Assembly (NCBI RefSeq): GCF_009914755.1
Contig: NC_060935.1
From: the human T2T-CHM13v2.0 reference genome, Homo sapiens
DNA: 64,000 nt
Reading direction: 5' to 3' (one strand)
How positions within the stretch are numbered: the first letter of the stretch is position 1; the number at the start of each line of letters is the position of its first letter. The notes beneath the pieces are model-generated. The model did no database searches. It was not told the origin of the DNA and saw only the letters and a program-made list of their open reading frames with translations. Positions 13,801 through 28,400 of this stretch are shown here, in pieces. The translations under genes were made by a program, and so were the position numbers.

Positions 13801-16499
13801 ACCAAACGGAAGCATTCACAGACAATTCTTAGTTATCATTGTCTTGAACTAACAGAGCTGAACATTCCTTTAGATGGAGCAGTTTCCAAACCCACTTTCT
13901 GTAGAATCTGCAAGTGGATATTTGGACTTCTCTGAGGATTTCGTTGGAAAAGGGATAAACTTCCCAGAACTACACGGAAGCATTGTGAGAAACTTCTTTG
14001 TGATGTTTGCATTCAACTCACAGAGTTGAACCTTGCTTTCATAGTTCAGCTTTCAAACACTCTTTTTGTAGAATCTGCAAGTGGATATTTGGACCACTTT
14101 GTGGCCTTCCTTTGAAACGGGTATATCTTCACATCAAACCTAGACAGAAGCATTCTCAGAATGTTTCCTGTGATGACTGCATTCAATTCACAGAGGTGAA
14201 CAATCCTGTTGATGGAGCAGTTTTGAAACTCTCTTTCTTTGGATTCTTCAAGTCGATATGTGGACCTCTGTGAAGATTTCGTTGGAAACGGGTTCATCTT
14301 CACAGAAAAACTAAACAGAAGCATTCTCAGAAACTGCTTTGTGATGTTTGTGTTCCACTTCAAGAATTGAACTTTCCTCTTGACAGAGCAGCTCTGAAAC
14401 CCTCTTTTTCTAGAATCTGCAAGTGGACATTTGGAGGGCTTTGAGGCCTGTGGTGGAAAAGGAAAATCTTCACATAAAAACTAGATGGAAGCATTCTCAG
14501 AAACTACTTTGTGATGATTGCATTCGACTCACAGAGTTGAACATTCCTATAGATAGAGCAGGTTGTAAACAATCTTTTTGTAGAATCTGCGATTGGAGAT
14601 TTGGACTGCTTTGAGGCCTACTGTAGTAAAGGAAATAACTTCATCTAAAAACCAAACGGAAGCATTCACAGACAATTCTTAGTGATCATTGCATTGAACT
14701 AACAGAGCTGAACATTCCTTTAGATGGCGCAGTTTCCAAACACACTTTCTGTAGAATCTGAAAGTGGATATTTGGACCTCTCTGAGGATTTCGTTGGAAA
14801 CGGGATAAACTTCCCAGAACTACACGGAAGCATTGTGAGAAACTTCTTTGTGATGTTTGCATTCAACTCACAGAGTTGAACCTTGCTTTCATAGTTCAGC
14901 TTTCAAACACTCTTTTTGTAGAATCTGCAAGTAGATATTTGGACCACTTTGTGGCCTTCCTTCGAAACGGGTATATCTTCACATCAAACCTAGACAGAAG
15001 CATTCTCAGAATGTTTCCTGTGATGACTGCATTCAACTCACAGAGGTGAAGAATCCTGCTGATGGAGCAGTTTTGAAACTCTCTTTCTTTGGATTCTGCA
15101 AGTGGATATGTGGACCTCTGTGAAGATTTCGTTGGAAACGGGTTCATCTTCACAGAAAAACTAAACAGAAGCATTCTCAGAAACTGCTTTGTGATGTTTG
15201 TGTTCCACTTCAGGAATTGAACTTTCCTCTTGACAGAGCAGCTCTGAAACCATCTTATTCTAGAATCTGCAAGTGGACATTTGGAGGGCTTTGAGGCCTG
15301 TGGTGGAAAAGGAAAATCTTCACATAAAAACTAGATGGAAGCATTCTCAGAAACTACTTTGTGATGATTGCATTCGACTCACAGAGTTGAACATTCCTAT
15401 AGATAGAGCAGGTTGTAAACAATCTTTTTGTAGAATCTGCGATTGGAGATTTGGACTGCTTTGAGGCCTACTGTAGTAAAGGAAATAACTTCATCTAAAA
15501 ACCAAACAGAAGCATTCACAGACAATACTTGGTGATCATTGGATTGAACTAACAGAGCTGAACATTCCTTTAGATGGAGCAGTTTCCAAACCCACTTTCT
15601 GTAGAATCTGCAAGTGGATATTTGGACTTCTCTGAGGATTTCGTTGGAAACGGGATAAACTTCCCAGAACTACACGGAAGCATTGTGAGAAACTTCTTTG
15701 TGATGTTTGCATTCAACTCACAGAGTTGAACCTTGCTTTCATAGTTCAGCTTTCAAACACTCTTTTTGTAGAATCTGCAAGTGGATATTTGGACCACTTT
15801 GTGGCCTTCCTTCGAAACGGGTATATCTTCACATCAAACCTAGACAGAAGCATTCTCAGAATGTTTCCTGTGATGACTGCATTCAACTCACAGAGGTGAA
15901 CAATCCTGCTGATGGAGCAGTTTTGAAACTCTCTTTCTTTGGATTCTGCAAGTGGATATGTGGACCTCTGTGAAGATTTCGTTGGAAACGGGTTCATCTT
16001 CACAGAAAAACTAAACAGAAGCATTCTCAGAAACTGCTTTGTGATGTTTGTGTTCCACTTCAGGAATTGAACTTTCCTCTTGACAGAGCAGCTCTGAAAC
16101 CCTCTTATTCTAGAATCTGCAAGTGGACATTTGGAGGGCTTTGAGGCCTGTGGTGGAAAAGGAAAATCTTCACATAAAAACTAGATGGAAGCATTCTCAG
16201 AAACTACTTTTTGATGATTGCATTCGACTCACAGAGTTGAACATTCCTATAGATAGAGCAGGTTGTAAACAATGTTTTTGTAGAATCTGCGATTGGAGAT
16301 TTGGATTGCTTTGAGGCCTACTGTAGTAAAGGAAATAAATTCATCTAAAAACCAAACGGAAGCATTCACAGACAATTCTTAGTGATCATTGGATTGAACT
16401 AACAGAGCTGAACATTCCTTTAGATGGAGCAGTTTCCAAACCCACTTTCTGTAGAATCTGCAAGTGGATATTTGGACTTCTCTGAGGATTTCGTTGGAA

Positions 16500-19400
16500 A
16501 CGGGATAAACTTCCCAGAACTACACGGAAGCATTGTGAGAAACTTCTTTGTGATGTTTGCATTCAACTCACAGAGTTGAACCTTGCTTTCATAGTTCAGC
16601 TTTCAAACACTCTTTTTGTAGAATCTGCAAGTGGATATTTGGACCACTTTGTGGCCTTCCTTCGAAACGGGTATATCTTCACATCAAACCTAGACAGAAG
16701 CATTCTCAGAATGTTTCCTGTGATTACTGCATTCAACTCACAGAGGTGAACAATCCTGCTGATGGAGCAGTTTTGAAACTCTCTTTCTTTGGATTCTGCA
16801 AGTGGATATGTGGACCTCTGTGAAGATTTCGTTGGAAACGGGTTCATCTTCACAGAAAAACTAAACAGAAGCATTCTCAGAAACTGCTTTGTGATGTTTG
16901 TGTTCCACTTCAGGAATTGAACTTCCCTCTTGACAGAGCAGCTCTGAAACCCTCTTATTCTAGAATCTGCAAGTGGACATTTGGAGGGCTTTGAGGCCTG
17001 TGGTGGAAAAGGAAAATCTTCACATAAAAACTAGATGGAAGCATTCTCAGAAACTACTTTGTGATGATTGCATTCGACTCACAGAGTTGAACATTCCTAT
17101 AGATAGAGCAGGTTGTAAACAATGTTTTTGTAGAATCTGCGATTGGAGATTTGGATTGCTTTGAGGCCTACTGTAGTAAAGGAAATAACTTCATCTAAAA
17201 ACCAAACGGAAGCATTCACAGACAATTCTTAGTGATCATTGGATTGAACTAACAGAGCTGAACATTCCTTTAGATGGAGCAGTTTCCAAACCCACTTTCT
17301 GTAGAATCTGCAAGTGGATATTTGGACTTCTCTGAGTATTTCGTTGGAAACGGGATAAACTTCCCAGAACTACACGGAAGCATTGTGAGAAACTTCTTTG
17401 TGATGTTTGCATTCAACTCACAGAGTTGAACCTTGCTTTCATAGTTCAGCTTTCAAACACTCTTTTTGTAGAATCTGCAGGTGGATATTTGGACCACTTT
17501 GTGGCCTTCCTTTGAAAAGGGTATATCTTCACATCAAACCTAGACAGACGCATTCTCAGAATGTTTCCTGTGATGACTGCATTCAACTCACAGAGGTGAA
17601 CAATCCTGTTGATGGAGCAGTTTTGAAACTCTCTTTCTTTGGATTCTGCAAGTGGATATGTGGACCTCTGTGAAGATTTCGTTGGAAACGGGTTCATCTT
17701 CACAGAAAAACTAAACAGAAGCATTCTCAGAAACTGCTTTGTGATGTTTGTGTTCCACTTCAAGAATTCAACTTTCCTCTTGAAAGAGCAGCTCTGAAAC
17801 CCTCTTTTTCTAGAATCTGCAAGTGGACATTTGGAGGGCTTCGAGGCCTGTGGTGGAAAAGGAAAATCTTCACATAAAAACTAGATGGAAGCATTCTCAG
17901 AAACTACTTTGTTATGATTGCATTAGACTCACAGAGTTGAACATTCCTATAGATAGAGCAGGTTGTAAACGATCTTTTTGTAGAATCTGCGATTGGAGAT
18001 TTGGACTGCTTTGAGGCCTACTGTAGTAAAGGAAATAACTTCATCTAAAAACCAAACGGAAGCATTCACAGACAATTCTTAGTGATCATTGGATTGAACT
18101 AACAGAGCTGAACATTCCTTTAGATGGCGCAGTTTCCAAACCCACTTTCTGTAGAATCTGCAAGTGGATATTTGGACTTCTCTGAGGATTTCGTTGGAAA
18201 CGGGATAAACTTCCCAGAACTACACGGAAGCATTCTGAGAAACTTCTTTGTGATGTTTGCATTCAACTCACAGAGATGAACCTTGCTTTCATAGTTCAGC
18301 TTTCAAACACTCTTTTTGTAGAATCTGCAAGTGGATATTTGGACCACTTTGTGGCCTTCCTTCGAAACGGGTATATCTTCACATCAAACCTAGACAGAAG
18401 CATTCTCAGAATGTTTCCTGTGATGACTGCATTCAACTCACAGAGGTGAACAATCCTGTTGATGGAGCAGTTTTGAAACTCTCTTTCTTTGGATTCTGCA
18501 AGTTGATATGTGGACCTCTGTGAAGATTTCGTTGGAAACGGGTTCATCTTCACAGAAAAACTAAACAGGAGCATTCTCAGAAACTGCTTTGTGATGTTTG
18601 TGTTCCACTTCAAGAATTGAACTTTCCTCTTGACAGAGCAGCTCTGAAACCCTCTTTTTCTAGAATCTGCAAGTGGACATTTGGAGGGCTTTGAGGCCTG
18701 TGGTGGAAAAGGAAAATCTTCACATAAAAACTTTATGGAAGCATTCTCAGAAACTACTTTGTGATGATTGCATTCGACTCACAGAGTTGAACATTCCTAT
18801 AGATAGAGCAGGTTGTAAACAATCTTTTTGTAGAATCTGCGATTGGAGATTTGGACTGCTTTGAGGCCTACTGTAGTAAAGGAAATAACTTCATCTAAAA
18901 ACCAAACGGAAGCATTCACAGACAATTCTTAGTGATCATTGGATTGAACTAACAGAGCTGAACATTCCTTTAGATGGAGCAGTTTCCAAACCCACTTTCT
19001 GTAGAATCTGCAAGTGGATATTTGGACTTCTCTGAGGATTTCGTTGGAAACGGGATAAACTTCCCAGAACTACACGGAAGCATTGTGAGAAACTTCTTTG
19101 TGATGTTTGCATTCAACTCACAGAGTTGAACCTTGCTTTCATAGTTCAGCTTTCAAACACTCTTTTTGTAGAATCTGCAAGTGGATATTTGGACCACTTT
19201 GTGGCCTTCCTTTGAAAAGGGTATATCTTCACATCAAACCTAGACAGAGGCATTCTCAGAATGTTTCCTGTGATGACTGCATTCAACTCACAGAGGTGAA
19301 CAATCCTGTTGATGGAGCAGTTTTGAAACTCTCTTTCTTTGGATTCTGCAAGTGGATATGTGGACCTCTGTGAAGATTTCGTTGGAAACGGGTTCATCTT

Positions 19401-22400
19401 CACAGAAAAACTAAACAGAAGCATTCTCAGAAACTGCTTTGTGATGTTTGTGTTCCACTTCAGGAATTGAACTTTCCTCTTGAAAGAGCAGCTCTGAAAC
19501 CCTCTTTTTCTAGAATCTGCAAGTGGACATTTGGAGGGCTTCGAGGCCTGTGGTGGAAAAGGAAAATCTTCACATAAAAACTAGATGGAAGCATTCTCAG
19601 AAACTACTTTGTGATGATTTCATTCGACTCACAGAGTTGAACATTCCTATAGATAGAGCAGGTTGTAAACAATCTTTTTGTAGAATCTGCGATTGGAGAT
19701 TTGGACTGCTTTGAGGCCTACTGTAGTAAAGGAAATAACTTCATCTAAAAACCAAACGGAAGCATTCACAGACAATTCTTAGTGATCATTGCATTGAACT
19801 AACAGAGCTGAACATTCCTTTAGATGGCGCAGTTTCCAAACACACTTTCTGTAGAATCTGCAAGTGGATATTTGGACCTCTCTGAGGATTTCGTTGGAAA
19901 CGGGATAAACTTCCCAGAACTACACGGAAGCATTGTGAGAAACTTCTTTGTGATGTTTGCATTCAACTCACAGAGTTGAACCTTGCTTTCATAGTTCAGC
20001 TTTCAAACACTCTTTTTGTAGAATCTGCAAGTGGATATTTGGACCACTTTGTGGCCTTCCTTCGAAACGGGTATATCTTCACATCAAACCCAGACAGAAG
20101 CATTCTCAGAATGTTTCCTGTGATGACTGCATTCAACTCACAGAGGTGAACAATCCTGCTGATGGAGCAGTTTTGAAACTCTCTTTCTTTGGATTCTGCA
20201 AGTGGATATGTGGACCTCTGTGAAGATTTCGTTGGAAACGGGTTCATCTTCACAGAAAAACTAAACAGAAGCATTCTCAGAAACTGCTTTGTGATGTTTG
20301 TGTTCCACTTCAGGAATTGAACTTTCCTCTTGACAGAGCAGCTCTGAAACCCTCTTATTCTAGAATCTGCAAGTGGACATTTGGAGGGCTTTGAGGCCTG
20401 TGGTGGAAAAGGAAAATCTTCACATAAAAACTAGATGGAAGCATTCTCAGAAACTACTTTGTGATGATTGCATTCGACTCACAGAGTTGAACATTCCTAT
20501 AGATAGAGCAGGTTGTAAACAATCTTTTTGTAGAATCTGCGATTGGAGATTTGGACTGCTTTGAGGCCTACTGTAGTAAAGGAAATAACTTCATCTAAAA
20601 ACCAAACAGAAGCATTCACAGACAATTCTTAGTGATCATTGGATTGAACTAACAGAGCTGAACATTCCTTTAGATGGAGCAGTTTCCAAACCCACTTTCT
20701 GTAGAATCTGCAAGTGGATATTTGGACTTCTCTGAGGATTTCGTTGGAAACGGGATAAAATTCCCAGAACTACACGGAAGCATTGTGAGAAACTTCTTTG
20801 TGATGTTTGCATTCAACTCACAGAGTTGAACCTTGCTTTCATAGTTCAGCTTTCAAACACTCTTTTTGTAGAATCTGCAAGTGGATATTTGGACCACTTT
20901 GTGGCCTTCCTTCGAAACGGGTATATCTTCACATCAAACCTAGACAGAAGCATTCTCAGAATGTTTCCTGTGATGACTGCATTCAACTCACAGAGGTGAA
21001 GAATCCTGCTGATGGAGCAGTTTTGAAACTCTCTTTCTTTGGATTCTGCAAGTGGATATGTGGACCTCTGTGAAGATTTCGTTGGAAACGGGTTCATCTT
21101 CACAGAAAAACTAAACAGAAGCATTCTCAGAAACTGCTTTGTGATGTTTGTGTTCCACTTCAGGAATTGAACTTTCCTCTTGACAGAGCAGCTCTGAAAC
21201 CCTCTTATTCTAGAATCTGCAAGTGGACATTTGGAGGGCTTCGAGGCCTGTGGTGGAAAAGGAAAATCTTCACATAAAAACTAGATGGAAGCATTCTCAG
21301 AAACTACTTTGTGATGATTGTATTCGACTCACAGAGTTGAACATTCCTATAGATAGAGCAGGTTGTAAACAATGTTTTTGTAGAATCTGCGATTGGAGAT
21401 TTGGACTGCATTGAGGCCTACTGTAGTAAAGGAAATAACTTCATCTAAAAACGAAACGGAAGCATTCACAGACAATTCTTAGTGATCATTGGATTGAACT
21501 AACAGAGCTGAACATTCCTTTAGATGGAGCAGTTTCCAAACCCACTTTCTGTAGAATCTGCAAGTGGATATTTGGACTTCTCTGAGGATTTCGTTGGAAA
21601 CGGGATAAACTTCCCAGAACTACACGGAAGCATTCTGAGAAACTTCTTTGTGATGTTTGCATTCAACTCACAGAGATGAACCTTGCTTTCATAGTTCAGC
21701 TTTCAAACACTCTTTTTGTAGAATCTGCAAGTGGATATTTGGACCACTTTGTGGCCTTCCTTCGAAACGGGTATATCTTCACATCAAACCTACACATAAG
21801 CATTCTCAGAATGTTTCCTGTGATGACTGCATTCAACTCACAGAGGTGAACAATCCTGTTGATGGAGCAGTTTTGAAACTCTCTTTCTTTGGATTCTGCA
21901 AGTTGATATGTGAACCTCTGTGAAGATTTCGTTGCAAACGGGTTCATCTTCACAGAAAAACTAAACAGGAGCATTCTCAGAAACTGCTTTGTGATGTTTG
22001 TGCTCCACTTCAAGAATTGAACTTTCCTCTTGACAGAGCAGCTCTGAAACCCTCTTTTTCTAGAATCTGCAAGTGGACATTTGGAGGGCTTTGAGGCCTG
22101 TGGTGGAAAAGGAAAATCTTCACATAAAAACTTTATGGAAGCATTCTCAGAAACTACTTTGTGATGATTGCATTCGACTCACAGAGTTGAACATTCCTAT
22201 AGATAGAGCAGGTTGTAAACAATCTTTTTGTAGAATCTGCGATTGGAGATTTGGACTGCTTTGAGGCCTACTGTAGTAAAGGAAATAACTTCATCTAAAA
22301 ACCAAACGGAAGCATTCACAGACAATTCTTAGTGATCATTGGATTGAACTAACAGAGCTGAACATTCCTTTAGATGGAGCAGTTTCCAAACACACTTTCT

Positions 22401-25400
22401 GTAGAATCTGCAAGTGGATATTTGGACTTCTCTGAGGATTTCGTTGGAAACGGGATAAACTTCCCAGAACTACACGGAAGCATTGTGAGAAACTTCTTTG
22501 TGATGTTTGCATTCAACTCACAGAGTTGAACCTTGCTTTCATAGTTCAGCTTTCAAACACTCTTTTTGTAGAATCTGCAAGTGGATATTTGGACCACTTT
22601 GTGGCCTTCCTTCGAAACGGGTATATCTTCAAATCAAACCTAGACAGAAGCATTCTCAGAATGTTTCCTGTGATGACTGCATTCAACTCACAGAGGTGAA
22701 CAATCCTGCTGATGGAGCAGTTTTGAAACTCTCTTTCTTTGGATTCTGCAAGTGGATATGTGGACCTCTGTGAAGATTTCGTTGGAAAAGGGTTCATCTT
22801 CACAGAAAAACTAAACAGGAGCATTCTCAGAAACTGCTTTGTGATGTTTGTGTTCCACTTCGAGAATTTAACTTTCCTCTTGACAGAGCAGCTCTGAAAC
22901 CCTCTTTTTCTAGAATCTGCAAGTGGACATTTGGAGGGCTTTGAGGCCTGTGGTGGAAAAGGAAAATCTTCACATAAAAACTAGATGGAAGCATTCTCAG
23001 AAAGTACTTTGTGATGATTGCATTCGACTCACAGAGTTGAACATTCCTATAGATAGAGCAGGTTGTAAACAATGTTTTTGTAGAATCTGCGATTGGAGAT
23101 TTGGACTGCTTTGAGGCCTACTGTAGTAAAGGAAATAACTTCATCTAAAAACCAAACGGAAGCATTCACAGACAATTCTTAGTGATCATTGGATTGAACT
23201 AACAGAGCTGAACATTCCTTTAGATGGAGCAGATTCCAAACACACTTTCTGTAGAATCTGCAAGTGGATATTTGGACTTCTCTGAGGATTTCGTTGGAAA
23301 CGGGATAAACTTCCCAGAACTACACGGAAGCATTCTGAGAAACTTCTTTGTGATGTTTGCATTCAACTCACAGAGTTGAACCTTGCTTTCATAGTTCAGC
23401 TTTCAAACACTCTTTTTGTAGAATCTGCAAGTGGATATTTGGACCACTTTGTGGCCTTCCTTCGAAACGGGTATATCTTCACATCAAACCTAGACAGAAG
23501 CATTCTCAGAATGTTTCCTGTGATGACTGCATTCAACTCACAGAGGTGAACAATCCTGCTGATGGAGCAGTTTTGAAACTCTCTTTCTTTGGATTCTGCA
23601 AGTGGATATGTGGACCTCTGTGAAGATTTCGTTGGAAACGGGTTCATCTTCACAGAAAAACTAAACAGAAGCATTCTCAGAAACTGCTTTGTGATGTTTG
23701 TGTTCCACTTCAGGAATTGAACTTTCCTCTTGACAGAGCAGCTCTGAAACCCTCTTTTTCTAGAATCTGCAAGTGGACATTTGGAGGGCTTCGAGGCCTG
23801 TGGTGGAAAAGGAAAATCTTCACATAAAAACTAGATGGAAGCATTCTCAGAAACTACTTTGTGATGATTGCATTCGACTCACAGAGTTGAACATTCCTAT
23901 AGATAGAGCAGGTTGTAAACAATCTTTTTGTAGAATCTGCGATTGGAGATTTGGACTGCTTTGAGGCCTACTGTAGTAAAGGAAATAACTTCATCTAAAA
24001 ACCAAACGGAAGCATTCACAGACAATTCTTAGTGATCATTGGATTGAACTAACAGAGCTGAACATTCCTTTAGATGGAGCAGTTTCCAAACACACTTTCT
24101 GTAGAATCTGCAAGTGGATATTTGGACTTCTCTGAGGATTTCGTTGGAAACGGGATAAACTTCCCAGAACTACACGGAAGCATTGTGAGAAACTTCTTTG
24201 TGATGTTTGCATTCAACTCACAGAGTTGAACCTTGCTTTCATAGTTCAGCTTTCAAACACTCTTTTTGTAGAATCTGCAAGTGGATATTTGGACCACTTT
24301 GTGGCCTTCCTTCGAAACGGGTATATCTTCAAATCAAACCTAGACAGAAGCATTCTCAGAATGTTTCCTGTGATGACTGCATTCAACTCACAGAGGTGAA
24401 CAATCCTGCTGATGGAGCAGTTTTGAAACTCTCTTTCTTTGGATTCTGCAAGTGGATATGTGGACCTCTGTGAAGATTTCGTTGGAAAAGGGTTCATCTT
24501 CACAGAAAAACTAAACAGGAGCATTCTCAGAAACTGCTTTGTGATGTTTGTGTTCCACTTCGAGAATTTAACTTTCCTCTTGACAGAGCAGCTCTGAAAC
24601 CCTCTTTTTCTAGAATCTGCAAGTGGACATTTGGAGGGCTATGAGGCCTGTGGTGGAAAAGGAAAATCTTCACATAAAAACTAGATGGAAGCATTCTCAG
24701 AAAGTACTTTGTGATGATTGCATTCGACTCACAGAGTTGAACATTCCTATAGATAGAGCAGGTTGTAAACAATGTTTTTGTAGAATCTGCGATTGGAGAT
24801 TTGGACTGCTTTGAGGCCTACTGTAGTAAAGGAAATAACTTCATCTAAAAACCAAACGGAAGCATTCACAGACAATTCTTAGTGATCATTGGATTGAACT
24901 AACAGAGCTGAACATTCCTTTAGATGGAGCAGATTCCAAACACACTTTCTGTAGAATCTGCAAGTGGATATTTGGACTTCTCTGAGGATTTCGTTGGAAA
25001 CGGGATAAACTTCCCAGAACTACACGGAAGCATTGTGAGAAACTTCTTTGTGATGTTTGCATTCAACTCACAGAGTTGAACCTTGCTTTCATAGTTCAGC
25101 TTTCAAACACTCTTTTTGTAGAATCTGCAAGTGGATATTTGGACCACTTTGTGGCCTTCCTTCGAAACGGGTATATCTTCACATCAAACCTAGACAGAAG
25201 CATTCTCAGAATGTTTCCTGTGATTACTGCATTCAACTCACAGAGGTGAACAATCCTGCTGATGGAGCAGTTTTGAAACTCTCTTTCTTTGGATTCTGCA
25301 AGTGGATATGTGGACCTCTGTGAAGATTTCGTTGGAAACGGGTTCATCTTCACAGAAAAACTAAACAGAAGCATTCTCAGAAACTGCTTTGTGATGTTTG

Positions 25401-28400
25401 TGTTCCACTTCAGGAATTGAACTTCCCTCTTGACAGAGCAGCTCTGAAACCCTCTTATTCTAGAATCTGCAAGTGGACATTTGGAGGGCTTTGAGGCCTG
25501 TGGTGGAAAAGGAAAATCTTCACATAAAAACTAGATGGAAGCATTCTCAGAAACTACTTTGTGATGATTGCATTCGACTCACAGAGTTGAACATTCCTAT
25601 AGATAGAGCAGGTTGTAAACAATGTTTTTGTAGAATCTGCGATTGGAGATTTGGATTGCTTTGAGGCCTACTGTAGTAAAGGAAATAACTTCATCTAAAA
25701 ACCAAACGGAAGCATTCACAGACAATTCTTAGTGATCATTGGATTGAACTAACAGAGCTGAACATTCCTTTAGATGGAGCAGTTTCCAAACCCACTTTCT
25801 GTAGAATCTGCAAGTGGATATTTGGACTTCTCTGAGGATTTCGTTGGAAACGGGATAAACTTCCCAGAACTACACGGAAGCATTGTGAGAAACTTCTTTG
25901 TGATGTTTGCATTCAACTCACAGAGTTGAACCTTGCTTTCATAGTTCAGCTTTCAAACACTCTTTTTGTAGAATCTGCAGGTGGATATTTGGACCACTTT
26001 GTGGCCTTCCTTTGAAAAGGGTATATCTTCACATCAAACCTAGACAGACGCATTCTCAGAATGTTTCCTGTGATGACTGCATTCAACTCACAGAGGTGAA
26101 CAATCCTGTTGATGGAGCAGTTTTGAAACTCTCTTTCTTTGGATTCTGCAAGTGGATATGTGGACCTCTGTGAAGATTTCGTTGGAAACGGGTTCATCTT
26201 CACAGAAAAACTAAACAGAAGCATTCTCAGAAACTGCTTTGTGATGTTTGTGTTCCACTTCAAGAATTCAACTTTCCTCTTGAAAGAGCAGCTCTGAAAC
26301 CCTCTTTTTCTAGAATCTGCAAGTGGACATTTGGAGGGCTTCGAGGCCTGTGGTGGAAAAGGAAAATCTTCACATAAAAACTAGATGGAAGCATTCTCAG
26401 AAACTACTTTGTTATGATTGCATTCGACTCACAGAGTTGAACATTCCTATAGATAGAGCAGGTTGTAAACGATCTTTTTGTAGAATCTGCGATTGGAGAT
26501 TTGGACTGCTTTGAGGCCTACTGTAGTAAAGGAAATAACTTCATCTAAAAACCAAACGGAAGCATTCACAGACAATTCTTAGTGATCATTGGATTGAACT
26601 AACAGAGCTGAACATTCCTTTAGATGGCGCAGTTTCCAAACCCACTTTCTGTAGAATCTGCAAGTGGATATTTGGACTTCTCTGAGGATTTCGTTGGAAA
26701 CGGGATAAACTTCCCAGAACTACACGGAAGCATTCTGAGAAACTTCTTTGTGATGTTTGCATTCAACTCACAGAGATGAACCTTGCTTTCATAGTTCAGC
26801 TTTCAAACACTCTTTTTGTAGAATCTGCAAGTGGATATTTGGACCACTTTGTGGCCTTCCTTCGAAACGGGTATATCTTCACATCAAACCTAGACAGAAG
26901 CATTCTCAGAATGTTTCCTGTGATGACTGCATTCAACTCACAGAGGTGAACAATCCTGTTGATGGAGCAGTTTTGAAACTCTCTTTCTTTGGATTCTGCA
27001 AGTTGATATGTGGACCTCTGTGAAGATTTCGTTGGAAACGGGTTCATCTTCACAGAAAAACTAAACAGGAGCATTCTCAGAAACTGCTTTGTGATGTTTG
27101 TGTTCCACTTCAAGAATTGAACTTTCCTCTTGACAGAGCAGCTCTGAAACCCTCTTTTTCTAGAATCTGCAAGTGGACATTTGGAGGGCTTTGAGGCCTG
27201 TGGTGGAAAAGGAAAATCTTCACATAAAAACTTTATGGAAGCATTCTCAGAAACTACTTTGTGATGATTGCATTCGACTCACAGAGTTGAACATTCCTAT
27301 AGATAGAGCAGGTTGTAAACAATCTTTTTGTAGAATCTGCGATTGGAGATTTGGACTGCTTTGAGGCCTACTGTAGTAAAGGAAATAACTTCATCTAAAA
27401 ACCAAACGGAAGCATTCACAGACAATTCTTAGTGATCATTGGATTGAACTAACAGAGCTGAACATTCCTTTAGATGGAGCAGTTTCCAAACCCACTTTCT
27501 GTAGAATCTGCAAGTGGATATTTGGACTTCTCTGAGGATTTCGTTGGAAACGGGATAAACTTCCCAGAACTACACGGAAGCATTGTGAGAAACTTCTTTG
27601 TGATGTTTGCATTCAACTCACAGAGTTGAACCTTGCTTTCATAGTTCAGCTTTCAAACACTCTTTTTGTAGAATCTGCAAGTGGATATTTGGACCACTTT
27701 GTGGCCTTCCTTTGAAAAGGGTATATCTTCACATCAAACCTAGACAGAGGCATTCTCAGAATGTTTCCTGTGATGACTGCATTCAACTCACAGAGGTGAA
27801 CAATCCTGTTGATGGAGCAGTTTTGAAACTCTCTTTCTTTGGATTCTGCAAGTGGATATGTGGACCTCTGTGAAGATTTCGTTGGAAACGGGTTCATCTT
27901 CACAGAAAAACTAAACAGAAGCATTCTCAGAAACTGCTTTGTGATGTTTGTGTTCCACTTCAGGAATTGAACTTTCCTCTTGAAAGAGCAGCTCTGAAAC
28001 CCTCTTTTTCTAGAATCTGCAAGTGGACATTTGGAGGGCTTCGAGGCCTGTGGTGGAAAAGGAAAATCTTCACATAAAAACTAGATGGAAGCATTCTCAG
28101 AAACTACTTTGTGATGATTTCATTCGACTCACAGAGTTGAACATTCCTATAGATAGAGCAGGTTGTAAACAATCTTTTTGTAGAATCTGCGATTGGAGAT
28201 TTGGACTGCTTTGAGGCCTACTGTAGTAAAGGAAATAACTTCATCTAAAAACCAAACGGAAGCATTCACAGACAATTCTTAGTGATCATTGCATTGAACT
28301 AACAGAGCTGAACATTCCTTTAGATGGCGCAGTTTCCAAACACACTTTCTGTAGAATCTGCAAGTGGATATTTGGACCTCTCTGAGGATTTCGTTGGAAA

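Noticed and set aside
21925-21945. GTTGCAAACG (also 30435, 37234), GTTGAAAACG (5449, 9698) and TCGTGGGAAA (58988) as box-inactivating changes
   Set aside because: They fall in non-core N positions of NTTCGNNNNANNCGGGN, so they were not counted as broken boxes.
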